From contig CAYQCC010000001.1 in NCBI GenBank assembly GCA_964415895.1, positions 119,073-183,072 of the forward strand: DNA of 64,000 nt, read 5' to 3'. The notes under the pieces were generated by a model. The model was given only the letters and a program-made list of their open reading frames with translations. It searched no databases and was not told the DNA's origin. The stretch is from an uncultured Candidatus Saccharibacteria bacterium (GTDB taxonomy: Bacteria > Patescibacteriota > Minisyncoccia > Phycocordibacterales > UBA1006). Numbering within the stretch: position 1 is the first letter of the stretch; each line of letters begins with the position of its first letter. The position numbers and the translations under genes are program-made. This document shows, piece by piece, positions 1-10,326 of this stretch.

Positions 1-1
1 A

Positions 2-199
2 ATCTTTTCGTTTCTTTGATTCTTTTGTGACGACGTCAATTGTTTGCTCGTCTGTTAATTCTGTTTGTGGAGTTCCTCCGTTAGCAACAGAGTAATTCAT
101 GAATGCTGTTGAAAGTCCGCGTAATACATTTAATCGAACAGTATCTTTTGCTTTCATGGCGTCTTTGATTCCGCCTTTAATTGTTTCTTGAAGTGACAT
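2..199 (-). CDS. GatB/YqeY domain protein (runs off window start)
   Basis: Hand translation MSLQETIKGGIKDAMKAKDTVRLNVLRGL...ELTDEQTIDVVTKESKKRKD fits the YqeY N-terminus; TGaTATAAT 8 nt upstream. Confidence 0.85.
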   Translation of the reverse strand, partial: MSLQETIKGGIKDAMKAKDTVRLNVLRGLSTAFMNYSVANGGTPQTELTDEQTIDVVTKESKKRKD

Positions 200-235
200 A
201 TGGTGGGATTATATCATGAAAAATAGAAATGAAAA

Positions 236-276
236 ATCTGTAATGACCATATTTTGAATAGGTGGTCATTACAGAT
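236..276 (-). terminator. Intrinsic terminator hairpin
   Basis: 14-bp IR ATCTGTAATGACCA/TGGTCATTACAGAT, T-run on minus strand. Confidence 0.7.
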
Positions 277-295
277 AGTAGGTATTTTATGTTTT

Positions 296-559
296 TTAGA
301 AAGCTTTTTCCACGATTGTGCACAACTCACGCATTGTTATTGGAATGTGGTAATACGTTTGTTGTCCATAGGCAATGGATTCAATAGTTGGAAAACCTTT
401 TGGCCTTCCTGCAAGGAACAGCATGCCTGCATAATCGTCTCGATGGATAAGTCCAAAAGACTGGTTTGCTGTGGCTTTGCATCTTTTCACAAATTTGCGG
501 ATCTTTTTCAGCAGTTTTGTGATTTGGCGTTTAAGTGACTCTAGTGCTTTCATTTTCAA
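296..559 (-). CDS. Hypothetical protein (ORFan)
   Basis: 87 aa ORF with own TTGACG-17-TAGAGT promoter and terminator. Confidence 0.55.
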   Translation of the reverse strand: MKMKALESLKRQITKLLKKIRKFVKRCKATANQSFGLIHRDDYAGMLFLAGRPKGFPTIESIAYGQQTYYHIPITMRELCTIVEKAF

Positions 560-651
560 TTTTTTATTTGGTTATCTTTAAACTCTATACCTGTATTCCA
601 GATTCGTCAAGCTGTTTCTCTTCACTCATAAAATTTGGTATACTTCATCAC

Positions 652-1731
652 ATGACTGCAATACTTATTATCTTACTCGTTATCATTACCCTACTGTTAA
701 TTTATGTAGGATTTTTCAAGAAACCACCAGAACAAAAAGCTGACGATACAGGATTGAAATTGATTCTTCAGCAACTAAATGAAGTATCACGAACCGTTGA
801 TGATCGTATGCACAAAATGTCCGAGGTTGTTGATACAAAAATGAACCGCTCGTCCGACATTGTTCAAAAATCTTTGGAAAATCAATTCTCTGAATCACAA
901 AAACTAATTCGTGAAATTACTCGAGAACTAACAGAGGTAAAAGAAACTGGAAAACAAGTTATGGGATTTGCTGATCAGCTGCAATCACTTCAAGATATTT
1001 TGAAAAACCCAAAGCAGCGTGGAGTGCTTGGTGAGTATTATCTGGAAACATTATTAAAAAATGTGCTTCCACCAAACTCGTTCCAGATGCAATACGGATT
1101 TCTGAATGGAGAAATTGTGGATGCTGTTGTATTTATTAAAGATAAGGTTATTTGTATTGACTCGAAATTCAGTCTTGAAAATTATAATAAGATGGTTGAA
1201 ATGCAAGATCCGGTTGAAAAGGATAAGCTTGAGAAATTGTTCGTAAACGATTTAAAGAATCGAATTTCTGAAACATCAAAATATATTCGACCGAATGAAA
1301 ATACGATGGACTTTGCGTTTATGTTCATTCCGCACGAGGCAATCTACTATGATCTATTAACAAACAAGGTTGGAGCGCTGCGTGAAGAGTCTGAAAACCT
1401 AATCCAGCGTGCTGCAAGTAAATATAAAGTGATTATCGTATCACCTACGAGCTTCCTAGCATATCTACAAACGGTACTGCAGGGCTTGAAAGCGATGCAG
1501 ATCGAGGAAACAGCAAAGGATATCATCAAACGTGTAGATGAACTTGGAAAACATTTGAAAGTCTATGAAGATTATCACGGGAAGCTCGGCAATTCCCTGT
1601 CTACCACGATCAATCACTTCAATGCGTCTAACAAGGAGCTGCGAAAGATTGATAAGGATGTGATGCGAATCACCGGAGAAAGCATCGGAATTGATTCATT
1701 ATTGATTGAAAAACCTGAAAGTGAAGAGTAA
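652..1731 (+). CDS. rmuC: DNA recombination protein RmuC
   Basis: N-terminal TM, coiled coil, NPKQRGVLGE, IDSKF, FAFMFIPHE, VSPT motifs. Confidence 0.92.
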   Translation: MTAILIILLVIITLLLIYVGFFKKPPEQKADDTGLKLILQQLNEVSRTVDDRMHKMSEVVDTKMNRSSDIVQKSLENQFSESQKLIREITRELTEVKETGKQVMGFADQLQSLQDILKNPKQRGVLGEYYLETLLKNVLPPNSFQMQYGFLNGEIVDAVVFIKDKVICIDSKFSLENYNKMVEMQDPVEKDKLEKLFVNDLKNRISETSKYIRPNENTMDFAFMFIPHEAIYYDLLTNKVGALREESENLIQRAASKYKVIIVSPTSFLAYLQTVLQGLKAMQIEETAKDIIKRVDELGKHLKVYEDYHGKLGNSLSTTINHFNASNKELRKIDKDVMRITGESIGIDSLLIEKPESEE

Positions 1732-1734
1732 ACA

Positions 1735-1760
1735 AAATCCACGAATAAATTCGTGGATTT
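1735..1760. terminator. Bidirectional terminator
   Basis: AAATCCACGAA-taaa-TTCGTGGATTT between convergent genes. Confidence 0.75.
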
Positions 1761-1779
1761 GTATTTTAATAAAATTAAA

Positions 1780-2919
1780 CTAATTGTACATTATTTGCAT
1801 GAAATGCATACGTTTAGCTATAAGGCCCCAAGGAATCTCTGCTACATTTCCTGCGTCATTATGAATCACGCCTTCCATGTGAGGAGCGATATGAGTCATC
1901 TCGGTTAAATAATTGCCTGCTGGGTTTATAACATAGTTATTCAACAATGACCAAGACCCTACAAATTTTGGAAAAGGTGACGAATCTATGGGCACGATTC
2001 TCGAAAGGCGTTCATGCGATATAAATTGGACATAGTCTTTTGCAAGCTCTGGCCAATCAGCAGTAAGTTGATGAATCTTACCGACGATATCCATTATTTC
2101 TTTTTCAAAATTAGGATTTAGATCAACGGCAAGATCAAATATCTGGCGCATGAATCTGACATAAGCAATCTCGAACGTGTCATAGCAAAAATAATACTGA
2201 TTTAACATGTTTTTTAGAAAAGTATCTTTTGCTATAAGAGATCTTACCTTTGGATCTGTTTCCATAAAGACCGAATGAAGCAATCCGTCGTGGCTCGTTA
2301 CATGATAAAGTATATGGATTAATCGAATAACTTTTCGATAACTTTCCTGTTTTTGCATTATCGGAATAATCGCTGCATCAAAGATGATTGTCGGATGATT
2401 GATAGTAAGGTGAAATTCATATTTTTTATACGGAAGCTTATCCAAATAAATCTTTCCTTCACCATAAGCATATTGCTTTCCATCTAGTTCAACAAATTCT
2501 TGCCCAGTATAAAGAAACTTCAATGTGATAGGTTCTCTTAGTAAATCTTTACTAAAGATAAAATTTTGCTTTGTTGAGTATTGGTCCGAGCTTGTTAATA
2601 TATGAAACCAACCATTTATCATTTTATAAGAATGATTGATTGCATCATGGTGACCAACAGCGGCTCTGTACATCTTTTCCCAGTTCATATCAGTCATATG
2701 CTCAAAAGGACAAAAATTGAAGCCGAATACAGAAGTCATCACATCTTCTTTAATGGCTAGATTTTCTTTTATTATTTCCTGGTAAGGCTTTAAAAAGAAA
2801 TTCATCTTGCAGTAATAAAGAAGCTTTTGCTTCCAGTTCTTTCCTGAAATTAAATCCAGTTTGTTAAAATCTACTTTTGACCTGTACATTACTTGGTCGA
2901 GTCTTTTCTGAAGATCCAT
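1780..2919 (-). CDS. Hypothetical protein (ORFan)
   Basis: 379 aa ORF from MDLQKRL; TTGACA promoter at 2982-2987; family not recognised. Confidence 0.7.
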   Translation of the reverse strand: MDLQKRLDQVMYRSKVDFNKLDLISGKNWKQKLLYYCKMNFFLKPYQEIIKENLAIKEDVMTSVFGFNFCPFEHMTDMNWEKMYRAAVGHHDAINHSYKMINGWFHILTSSDQYSTKQNFIFSKDLLREPITLKFLYTGQEFVELDGKQYAYGEGKIYLDKLPYKKYEFHLTINHPTIIFDAAIIPIMQKQESYRKVIRLIHILYHVTSHDGLLHSVFMETDPKVRSLIAKDTFLKNMLNQYYFCYDTFEIAYVRFMRQIFDLAVDLNPNFEKEIMDIVGKIHQLTADWPELAKDYVQFISHERLSRIVPIDSSPFPKFVGSWSLLNNYVINPAGNYLTEMTHIAPHMEGVIHNDAGNVAEIPWGLIAKRMHFMQIMYN

Positions 2920-3110
2920 ATGGTTTGTTTTTAAGTTGAAAATAATAGTTACTAACGACAAATTATCATAATATATCATTATGTCAATAGTTACAAAACC
3001 TTTATTTTATGCTATTTTAGGCGAGGTCAAATTATTAGCTATTAATGCGCTCTCCTAACCCTTTCCCACTTCAGATTACGGCTGCGGAAAGATGGAAGCG
3101 CCAATTATTT

Positions 3111-4190
3111 ATGACAAATACAAGCACAGATCTTGCTGAATTGATGAAAGGCATCATGGCAGGAGAAGCATACAAGCCACTTATTTTAGGTGACTTAGTA
3201 GAAGGAACCGTAATCACAACATCAGGTATCACTATGTACATTGATTTGGGAATCTACGGAACCGGTATTATCTACGGACGAGAATTCTTGAATGCAAAAG
3301 ACATGATCAAGAATATTAATGTCGGAGATACGGTAAAAGGTAAAATTATCGAAACAGAAAATGAAAATGGTTACATCGAACTTTCATTGAAAGAAGCTCG
3401 CCAAGCGTTGGTTTGGTCAGATGCTGATAAGATGATGAAGTCAGGTGAAATCCTAGAACTTCCTGTTAAAGAGGCAAACAAAGGAGGTTTGATGGTTGAA
3501 TGGCAAGGTATCCAAGGATTCCTTCCAGCTTCACAGCTTAAGGCTGAGCACTATCCTCGCGTTGACGACGGTGACAAAGACGAAATCTTGAAAGAGCTTA
3601 AAAAACTTATTTCAAAGAAACTAGCTCTTACTATCATTGGAGTTAATCCAAAGGAAGGAAAATTGATTTTCTCTGAAAAAGGAAATATCAAAGAAGAGAA
3701 AAAAGAAATCGCTACTAAATACTCAGTTGGAGATGTGTTGGACACAGAAGTTTCAGGTATTGTAGATTTCGGAGTATTCCTTCGAATCGAAAACAATCTG
3801 GAAGGATTGGTTCACATCTCTGAGATGGACTGGTCATTGGTAGATGATCCTCGCGTATTGTTCAAACTTGGTGACAAGGTTCAGGCCAAGATCATCGAGA
3901 TCAAGAACGGAAAGATTTCATTGTCTATCAAGTCATTGAAAGAAAATCCTTGGACAAAAGTTGAAGGAAAATACAAGAAAGACGATGTTGTTTCAGGTGT
4001 GGTTATCAAGTTCAACAAGCACGGTGCCTTGGTTGCGATCGAGGAAGGTGTTGCTGGTTTGATCCACGTTTCTGAATTCGGCGATGAAAAGAAATTGAAA
4101 GAAAAGCTTTCTCTAGGGAAATCATATTCATTCAAGATCACATTGTTTGATCCAAAAGAACACCGAATGACTCTTGCTATTGTAGATTAA
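3111..4190 (+). CDS. rpsA: Ribosomal protein bS1-like, four S1 domains
   Basis: Repeated S1 motifs (GFLPASQL, EGLVHISE, GLIHVSE). Confidence 0.88.
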   Translation: MTNTSTDLAELMKGIMAGEAYKPLILGDLVEGTVITTSGITMYIDLGIYGTGIIYGREFLNAKDMIKNINVGDTVKGKIIETENENGYIELSLKEARQALVWSDADKMMKSGEILELPVKEANKGGLMVEWQGIQGFLPASQLKAEHYPRVDDGDKDEILKELKKLISKKLALTIIGVNPKEGKLIFSEKGNIKEEKKEIATKYSVGDVLDTEVSGIVDFGVFLRIENNLEGLVHISEMDWSLVDDPRVLFKLGDKVQAKIIEIKNGKISLSIKSLKENPWTKVEGKYKKDDVVSGVVIKFNKHGALVAIEEGVAGLIHVSEFGDEKKLKEKLSLGKSYSFKITLFDPKEHRMTLAIVD

Positions 4191-4227
4191 TCTACGCAAT
4201 AAAAAACCACTCTTATTGGGTGGTTTT

Positions 4228-4788
4228 TTATTGATTATAAATTGTCATAGCCTTTTCTTTTCCTTCCGTTAGGATAGTTCCAATTGCTTTATGGATTGTT
4301 TTGGCAGTTTCTTGCAATGTTTCAAGTTCGCTTGGTTCAAAATGTCCAAGCACTGCTGGTTTTACCAATTCCCCATTTTCAAGAATGCGAGATATTCCAA
4401 TACGGATACGGATAAATTCTCGACTTCCTAAATGTTCTTCGATTGATTTTATTCCATTATGACCGCCGCTTCCTCGGTCAAATGAAATTTTAAACTTTCC
4501 AAGTGCTAAATCTAAATCATCGTACATGACAATGATGTTTTCAGGGCTAATACCTTCTTTAGAAATGAAATAATCTGCAGTCTTGCCTGATTCGTTCATG
4601 AATGTGTTTGGTTTAGCAATTTGGAACGTAGCGTTTCCAATCTCAGCCGTGGAAACTTCTGCAAATGCATATTTATTTTCATGCCAATCAAGATCTGAAA
4701 ATGCATTATCAGCAACAAGCCAACCCGCATTGTGACGAGTTTTTGCATATTGATTTCCTGGATTTCCAAGTGCGATAATGGCGTACAT
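4228..4788 (-). CDS. pth: Peptidyl-tRNA hydrolase
   Basis: LGNPG..Y..TRHNAG, KPNTFMNESG, GSGGHNG, RIRIGI. Confidence 0.95.
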   Translation of the reverse strand: MYAIIALGNPGNQYAKTRHNAGWLVADNAFSDLDWHENKYAFAEVSTAEIGNATFQIAKPNTFMNESGKTADYFISKEGISPENIIVMYDDLDLALGKFKISFDRGSGGHNGIKSIEEHLGSREFIRIRIGISRILENGELVKPAVLGHFEPSELETLQETAKTIHKAIGTILTEGKEKAMTIYNQ

Positions 4789-4806
4789 AACGTCCATGGT
4801 AGCATA

Positions 4807-6156
4807 TTATGCATTATTTACCACAGACTCGGCATTTTCAATTCTTTTACCCACTATTACGAAGACTATATTTGCAATGAGCAGTATAATCATAAATATA
4901 GCAATCCATAACATATTGCGGAAATTACCTTTTACAGATGGTTCGATAACCTGAGCCGCTTCTGCAGATGAAAACAAGGATTCCTCGATTGGCTCAGGTT
5001 GAGCTATTGGTTGAATAGTAGGCGTGCTTGAATATGTTATCGATTTAGTTTTTTGTTCAGAAGTATTATATCCATCAGATGTGAAAAGACTTGGAGATTG
5101 AGACCAATTACTTAGTTTGTGAATTTGAAATGGAATCAGCACTGAGCCATCTTTTGGAATAACGGTATCAACGGGAAATCTGAATGATTGATTGCTTGAT
5201 TTCAAATCCCAATTGCCTATATTTAATTCATTTGTTGATTGATTTGAAAGCGTGATTAATCCATTTGTGTGATTGATGGAAACTGATACTGATGCAGGAA
5301 TAACTGTGATCGTTTGTTTATGGATAGTGTTAGGTTCTTCTTTAAATGAATCACTATAATATCGTAGTATAACGACATACGTTCCTGGATAATGATAGAT
5401 ATAGTTAAATGAGGTGCTTCGATCAAATATATACGAACCTCCATCGCCCATTGTCCATTCAAACCGTCCACCAAGAGAAACTAACCCTTTACCGTCCTTT
5501 TTCACAGTTGAATCAAACACTGCAGGATTTTTCTGAATTATAATCTCAGGAATAATCATTTGTGCTGAGTAGACAGAATCTGCTCGGATGAATATTTTTG
5601 CTTCTTCTTCGTCTATAGCACTGTTTGTTTCGTCATCTGGTGGATCTTCATCATTGGGGTCATTATTGACTGTTACATTCGCTGCTGAAGGCGTAGGTGC
5701 TCCTGTTATCCATGTTGAGCCTTTACGCTGCATAGTTTCTTTTGTTGTCGCGTTTCCCGCAGTCCATCCAGATGTCATATTTACCGTATCGATAACTTGT
5801 TCTGTATTATTCTTTAAACTAAAGTTTTCTCCAGTATTACTCATAGCTCCACTGTAAATAACTCCTGCAGTGATGGCAGGGATCGTATTGTCATCGGTTC
5901 GCTCGAGCAACATATAACCACCAGCACTTATTGAACCTGTTAAATTAATTGATGGAGACCCGTCACTTGCTTTTAATGTCCAACCATCAACAGTGACAGC
6001 AGATGTCCCGCTATTAAATAGTTCAATCCATTCGTCGTTTGCTGATGTAGCGGTACCCATCCATGCAATTTCATTGACAATAACGTCTGCATGTACTGTG
6101 TGACACATAAAAAATATTCCACATATAAATATAAAAACGACATGTCGATAATTCAT
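4807..6156 (-). CDS. Secreted lamin-tail-domain/PKD surface protein with C-terminal TM
   Basis: Signal peptide, IVNEIAWMG..DEWIELFN (LTD), WTMGDG..Y.YPGTY (PKD), C-terminal hydrophobic helix. Confidence 0.8.
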   Translation of the reverse strand: MNYRHVVFIFICGIFFMCHTVHADVIVNEIAWMGTATSANDEWIELFNSGTSAVTVDGWTLKASDGSPSINLTGSISAGGYMLLERTDDNTIPAITAGVIYSGAMSNTGENFSLKNNTEQVIDTVNMTSGWTAGNATTKETMQRKGSTWITGAPTPSAANVTVNNDPNDEDPPDDETNSAIDEEEAKIFIRADSVYSAQMIIPEIIIQKNPAVFDSTVKKDGKGLVSLGGRFEWTMGDGGSYIFDRSTSFNYIYHYPGTYVVILRYYSDSFKEEPNTIHKQTITVIPASVSVSINHTNGLITLSNQSTNELNIGNWDLKSSNQSFRFPVDTVIPKDGSVLIPFQIHKLSNWSQSPSLFTSDGYNTSEQKTKSITYSSTPTIQPIAQPEPIEESLFSSAEAAQVIEPSVKGNFRNMLWIAIFMIILLIANIVFVIVGKRIENAESVVNNA

Positions 6157-6175
6157 ACATGTCGTTTTTATCATA

Positions 6176-8179
6176 TTAATCTAAAATTTTCTTCAAGATT
6201 TCTTCTGGAACTTCACGAGTGGCTTTTGGGTGTTCAAAATTAAATTCTTCAGGTAAGTCAGTGGTGTCTGGCTCAGGAATAATTATTGGAGCTGAAGCTG
6301 CCTCCGTGCTTGGACTTATTGCTGGTGCAGACACAATGGTTGTTTGAATTTCTGGTTGAGTCTCCTTTGAACTTGTACCTACGATGACTTTTTGCAATGT
6401 ATCATGCAGTGATTCTGCAGGCACTTTCTTTATAGGTGCTGGTTTCTCGACAGTTTCTTGCTGTTTTATTTGCTGAGCTTTTTGTAATGCTTCAAGGAGT
6501 ACATTTTTTGTTTCAGTTTTTGCAGCGCGATCTTTGACCGGTTTTTCTAAACTCTTTGGCACAATGTTTACTGACTCAACCTTTATTTCTGGTTTTATTG
6601 TTTCTTTACTAACAGGTTTTGTTACAGTCTCGATTACTTCAGTCTCGCCTGATTCACCTAACTGATCTAGTAATCCAAATATTTGTGGAGATAATGTAAT
6701 CGGCATTTCTTCTTGAGCAGGTTTTGGGTCTTCTTTCTTTTCAATAGGCACAGAAGCCTGCGAAACAGTATCAAAAACAGGAGTTGATGTCGTAGGTGGC
6801 ATGGCAGATTTTGGAACAATAAATTGTGTTCCGCCGCCAAGTGGTGCCGCTTTTTGTGCATCATCCTTTCGAACAACCCTACGCTGTTCATTAAACCATC
6901 CCATAATCTTTTCCTCTACCTCTACTCTATTTTTTGCATACTGGCGGCGTGATGCCGCAATCACTGCTTCCAGTTGTGGCGGTTCAAGAGGCTGAATCGG
7001 CCCAAGTGTTGCAGCAGAAAATGGTCGTGAAGACATTCCATCAATCAATAACGTTAGGAACACTTGTCCAAATCCAATATTTTGCAAATCTTCACCCGTA
7101 AACACTGGGGTAAATACTCGTTCAAGAAATTCTGCATCGAATGGCCCTACACGGAAACTAATAATGGTTCCCATGTTTCCAAATACTGCATCACGAATAG
7201 ATTCCTCCATTTGTGCTACGAACTGGTTTGCAACGGTCAGAGCAAGTTTATATTTTCGTGCCTCTGAAAGAATGTTAGCAAATGAATCATTGGCAAAGTT
7301 TTGGAACTCATCTACATAAAAATATAATGGTGGAACCAATAAAAGTTGTTCTGGCGTCAGGTCTGCACGTGACATTGACGCTAGGTAAATTTTTGTAATG
7401 ATCAATGCGCCAATCAGTTTCGAACTTTCCTCCCCGATTAAACCTTTTGAAAGATTGATAATAACAATCTTCCGCTGATCCATAGCGTCTCGGAAATTGA
7501 ATGTTGATTTAGCTTGTCCGATGATATTTCGAGCAATTGGATTGGTCGTAAATTGTCCGATCTTGTTTACAAGTGCACCAATCGCCTCGCTCCATCGTTT
7601 GTCGTCCCACTTTGAAAGTTCGTCCCATGCATTTCGTACTGTTGGATCAGTTACATTTGCAATAACTTTTTTACGGAAATCTTTATCCGTTAACATTCGG
7701 TTTACAGACAAAAGGCTTGGTTCTGGGTATTCCAAGAGCGCAAGCATGCTATTGTTCAAGATATATTCCATTCGTCCTGAAAAGGCGTCTGGCCAGATCT
7801 TTTTAAATACAGTCATCAATCCATCAGCAATCAATGATCGCTCTGATGCGCTGGCACCTTCTGCGATTTCCATCGGATTAAAGGCCACTGGAAATTCAGA
7901 ATCTCCTGGCGAGAAATAAATTACATCATCAATTCGATTGCTTGGAATATATCGAAGAATTTTATCTGCACTTTCTCCGTGAGGATCCAAAAAGGCAATT
8001 CCATTCCCATTATAAATATCCTGAACGATCATGTTTTCAAGTAGAGTTGTTTTTCCAGTACCTGATTTTCCAATAACATACATATGGCGAAAACGATCCT
8101 TTGCGCGGATTCCAAACTTTGTCATTCCATTACGAAAATCTGTTTTTCCGAGATATGTTATTTCAGCTAAGTTGTCCAT
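6176..8179 (-). CDS. VirD4/TraD/HerA-like P-loop ATPase with low-complexity tail
   Basis: RHMYVIGKSGTGKT Walker A, DPHG, YVDEFQNF Walker B, SEARKY, ANQ. Confidence 0.85.
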   Translation of the reverse strand: MDNLAEITYLGKTDFRNGMTKFGIRAKDRFRHMYVIGKSGTGKTTLLENMIVQDIYNGNGIAFLDPHGESADKILRYIPSNRIDDVIYFSPGDSEFPVAFNPMEIAEGASASERSLIADGLMTVFKKIWPDAFSGRMEYILNNSMLALLEYPEPSLLSVNRMLTDKDFRKKVIANVTDPTVRNAWDELSKWDDKRWSEAIGALVNKIGQFTTNPIARNIIGQAKSTFNFRDAMDQRKIVIINLSKGLIGEESSKLIGALIITKIYLASMSRADLTPEQLLLVPPLYFYVDEFQNFANDSFANILSEARKYKLALTVANQFVAQMEESIRDAVFGNMGTIISFRVGPFDAEFLERVFTPVFTGEDLQNIGFGQVFLTLLIDGMSSRPFSAATLGPIQPLEPPQLEAVIAASRRQYAKNRVEVEEKIMGWFNEQRRVVRKDDAQKAAPLGGGTQFIVPKSAMPPTTSTPVFDTVSQASVPIEKKEDPKPAQEEMPITLSPQIFGLLDQLGESGETEVIETVTKPVSKETIKPEIKVESVNIVPKSLEKPVKDRAAKTETKNVLLEALQKAQQIKQQETVEKPAPIKKVPAESLHDTLQKVIVGTSSKETQPEIQTTIVSAPAISPSTEAASAPIIIPEPDTTDLPEEFNFEHPKATREVPEEILKKILD

Positions 8180-8292
8180 AATTACTGCATAGTATAAATG
8201 AATATACGCTTTTTTACAAACAATTTCATTCCCCAATCTCTCCCCAGTCTTGTACACTTCACCGACAGGCTCGCGCATGATATGTTAGGAAT

Positions 8293-9687
8293 ATGAAACA
8301 AAAAGTCGGACAACACATTGTGCGCATTCCACCACAGGATATCGATGCGGAAAAAGCCTTACTAGGATCAATCATGGTTCGTCCAATCGGCGTACACGAT
8401 ATTATGGATGTTATTCGTCCAGAAACATTTTATGTCGAAAAACATGGAATGATTTACAAGGAAATGCTTGATTTAATTAATAAAGGCGAGCCAATTGATC
8501 TAGTATCGATGACAACAAAATTACGTGAACGAAAAGTATTGGAAACAGTTGGTGGTGTTGATTACTTACAAGAAATTGTAGCCATGGTTCCTGCTTCAAC
8601 AAACATTGGGCACTACGCTGATATTGTTTCAAAGAAATCAAGTTTGCGAAATCTTATTTCAGCTGGAGACGATGTTTCTGAAATGGGCTATCAGGAAGGT
8701 GAAGAAATTGAAGAAGTATTAGATCAGGCAGAGAAAAAGATATTAGACGTAACTAACAATGCAGGTCGCGTTAAAAAATTCGTAACAGCTCGTGATATTT
8801 TGCCTGAAACATACGAAACGATTCAACGACTTGCAGATAACAAACATGAATTGCGTGGTGTACCATCGGGTTATAAAAAATTGGATGATATGCTTGGTGG
8901 ATTCCAAAAATCTGACCTGGTTATTTTGGCAGCGCGACCATCAATGGGTAAGACTTCCCTTGCGATGGATATCGCACGAAAAGCTGCCATGATTCACAAT
9001 GTTCCTGTTGGAATCTTTTCACTTGAAATGTCCGCATTGTCATTGATGGATCGTATGCTTTCATCAGAAGCGAACGTTGATAGTTGGAAAATGCGAACGG
9101 GAAATCTGCGTGAACAAGACTGGCTGGATTTAACCGACGCTATGAGTCGTTTGCAAAAAGCCCCTATTTTAATTGACGACCAACCAGGAAATTCAATCTT
9201 GAAAATGCGTAGTACTGCGCGTCGAATGAAAATGGAACATGGTCTTGGAATGATTATTATCGATTATCTCCAATTAATTACGACTACAAAAAACTTTGAT
9301 TCGATGGTAAACCAAGTAACAGAAATTTCACGATCGTTAAAAGGATTGGCTCGAGAATTAAATGTTCCTGTTATTGCACTATCACAGTTGAACCGATCGG
9401 TTGAAACACGTGGTGGACGACCTCGACTATCTGATCTTCGTGATTCAGGATCTATCGAGCAAGATGCCGACGTAGTAATGTTTATTCACCGAGACAAAGA
9501 AGACCAGTCACAACTCGCGGAAATTCTTATTGAAAAACACCGAAATGGACCAACTGGAATGGTTGAATTGGTATTCGATGGTAGTAAGACAACCTTTATC
9601 GAGGTTGAGAAACGAGACTTTAGTGATTTTGCACCAGCTGCAGCGGCTCCTGGAGCACCAGGTGGATTCGTAGAAGATAACTTTTAA
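8293..9687 (+). CDS. dnaB: Replicative DNA helicase
   Basis: AARPSMGKT, IDYLQL, LSQLNR, DLRDSGSIEQDAD, KHRNGPTG. Confidence 0.97.
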   Translation: MKQKVGQHIVRIPPQDIDAEKALLGSIMVRPIGVHDIMDVIRPETFYVEKHGMIYKEMLDLINKGEPIDLVSMTTKLRERKVLETVGGVDYLQEIVAMVPASTNIGHYADIVSKKSSLRNLISAGDDVSEMGYQEGEEIEEVLDQAEKKILDVTNNAGRVKKFVTARDILPETYETIQRLADNKHELRGVPSGYKKLDDMLGGFQKSDLVILAARPSMGKTSLAMDIARKAAMIHNVPVGIFSLEMSALSLMDRMLSSEANVDSWKMRTGNLREQDWLDLTDAMSRLQKAPILIDDQPGNSILKMRSTARRMKMEHGLGMIIIDYLQLITTTKNFDSMVNQVTEISRSLKGLARELNVPVIALSQLNRSVETRGGRPRLSDLRDSGSIEQDADVVMFIHRDKEDQSQLAEILIEKHRNGPTGMVELVFDGSKTTFIEVEKRDFSDFAPAAAAPGAPGGFVEDNF

Positions 9688-9689
9688 TC

Positions 9690-10307
9690 ATGCAAACACC
9701 TTTTGAACAATTGGCACATTTATTTACCAAATTCCCAGGAATTGGTCGACGACAGGCAAAGCGATTTGCCTATTTCGTCGTTCAGTCAAACCCGGATTTC
9801 ATTGCAGAGCTTCAAAACAAGATTACTGACACGCGAAAAACGGTTAAGCTCTGTCCTGTTAGTTTTCAGTACTTCACAACAAATGATCCAGCTGTTACAA
9901 CGTCTCCTATTGTGCGAGATATTACACGGGACAATTCAATCTTGTTAATTGTAGAAAAAGATCAAGATATCGAAGCCTTTGAAAAATCAATGACCTATCA
10001 TGGACAGTATTTTGTACTTGGTAACCTTGGAAACTTGTTAGATACGGAAATGGATGACCAATTTCGTATTAAAGCTCTTATAAAGCTGATTAATCAAAAA
10101 GGAACAGATCTGGAAGAGATAATATTTGCACTTCCCGCAAACCCTGATGCAGATCGCATTGCGGAAACCTTAAAACAAAAACTTTCACCGATCTCAGAAC
10201 AATTTGGATTCAGTATTTCACAGCTTGGACGCGGATTTTCTACTGGAGCTGAGGTTGAATACGCGGATTCTGAAACTCTAAGCAGTGCGCTTGAGAATAG
10301 AAAATAA
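9690..10307 (+). CDS. recR: Recombination mediator RecR
   Basis: FPGIGRRQAKR HhH, Toprim region, EVEYADSETL..ALENR. Confidence 0.9.
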   Translation: MQTPFEQLAHLFTKFPGIGRRQAKRFAYFVVQSNPDFIAELQNKITDTRKTVKLCPVSFQYFTTNDPAVTTSPIVRDITRDNSILLIVEKDQDIEAFEKSMTYHGQYFVLGNLGNLLDTEMDDQFRIKALIKLINQKGTDLEEIIFALPANPDADRIAETLKQKLSPISEQFGFSISQLGRGFSTGAEVEYADSETLSSALENRK

Positions 10308-10326
10308 TACTGTATAATTGAAATAT

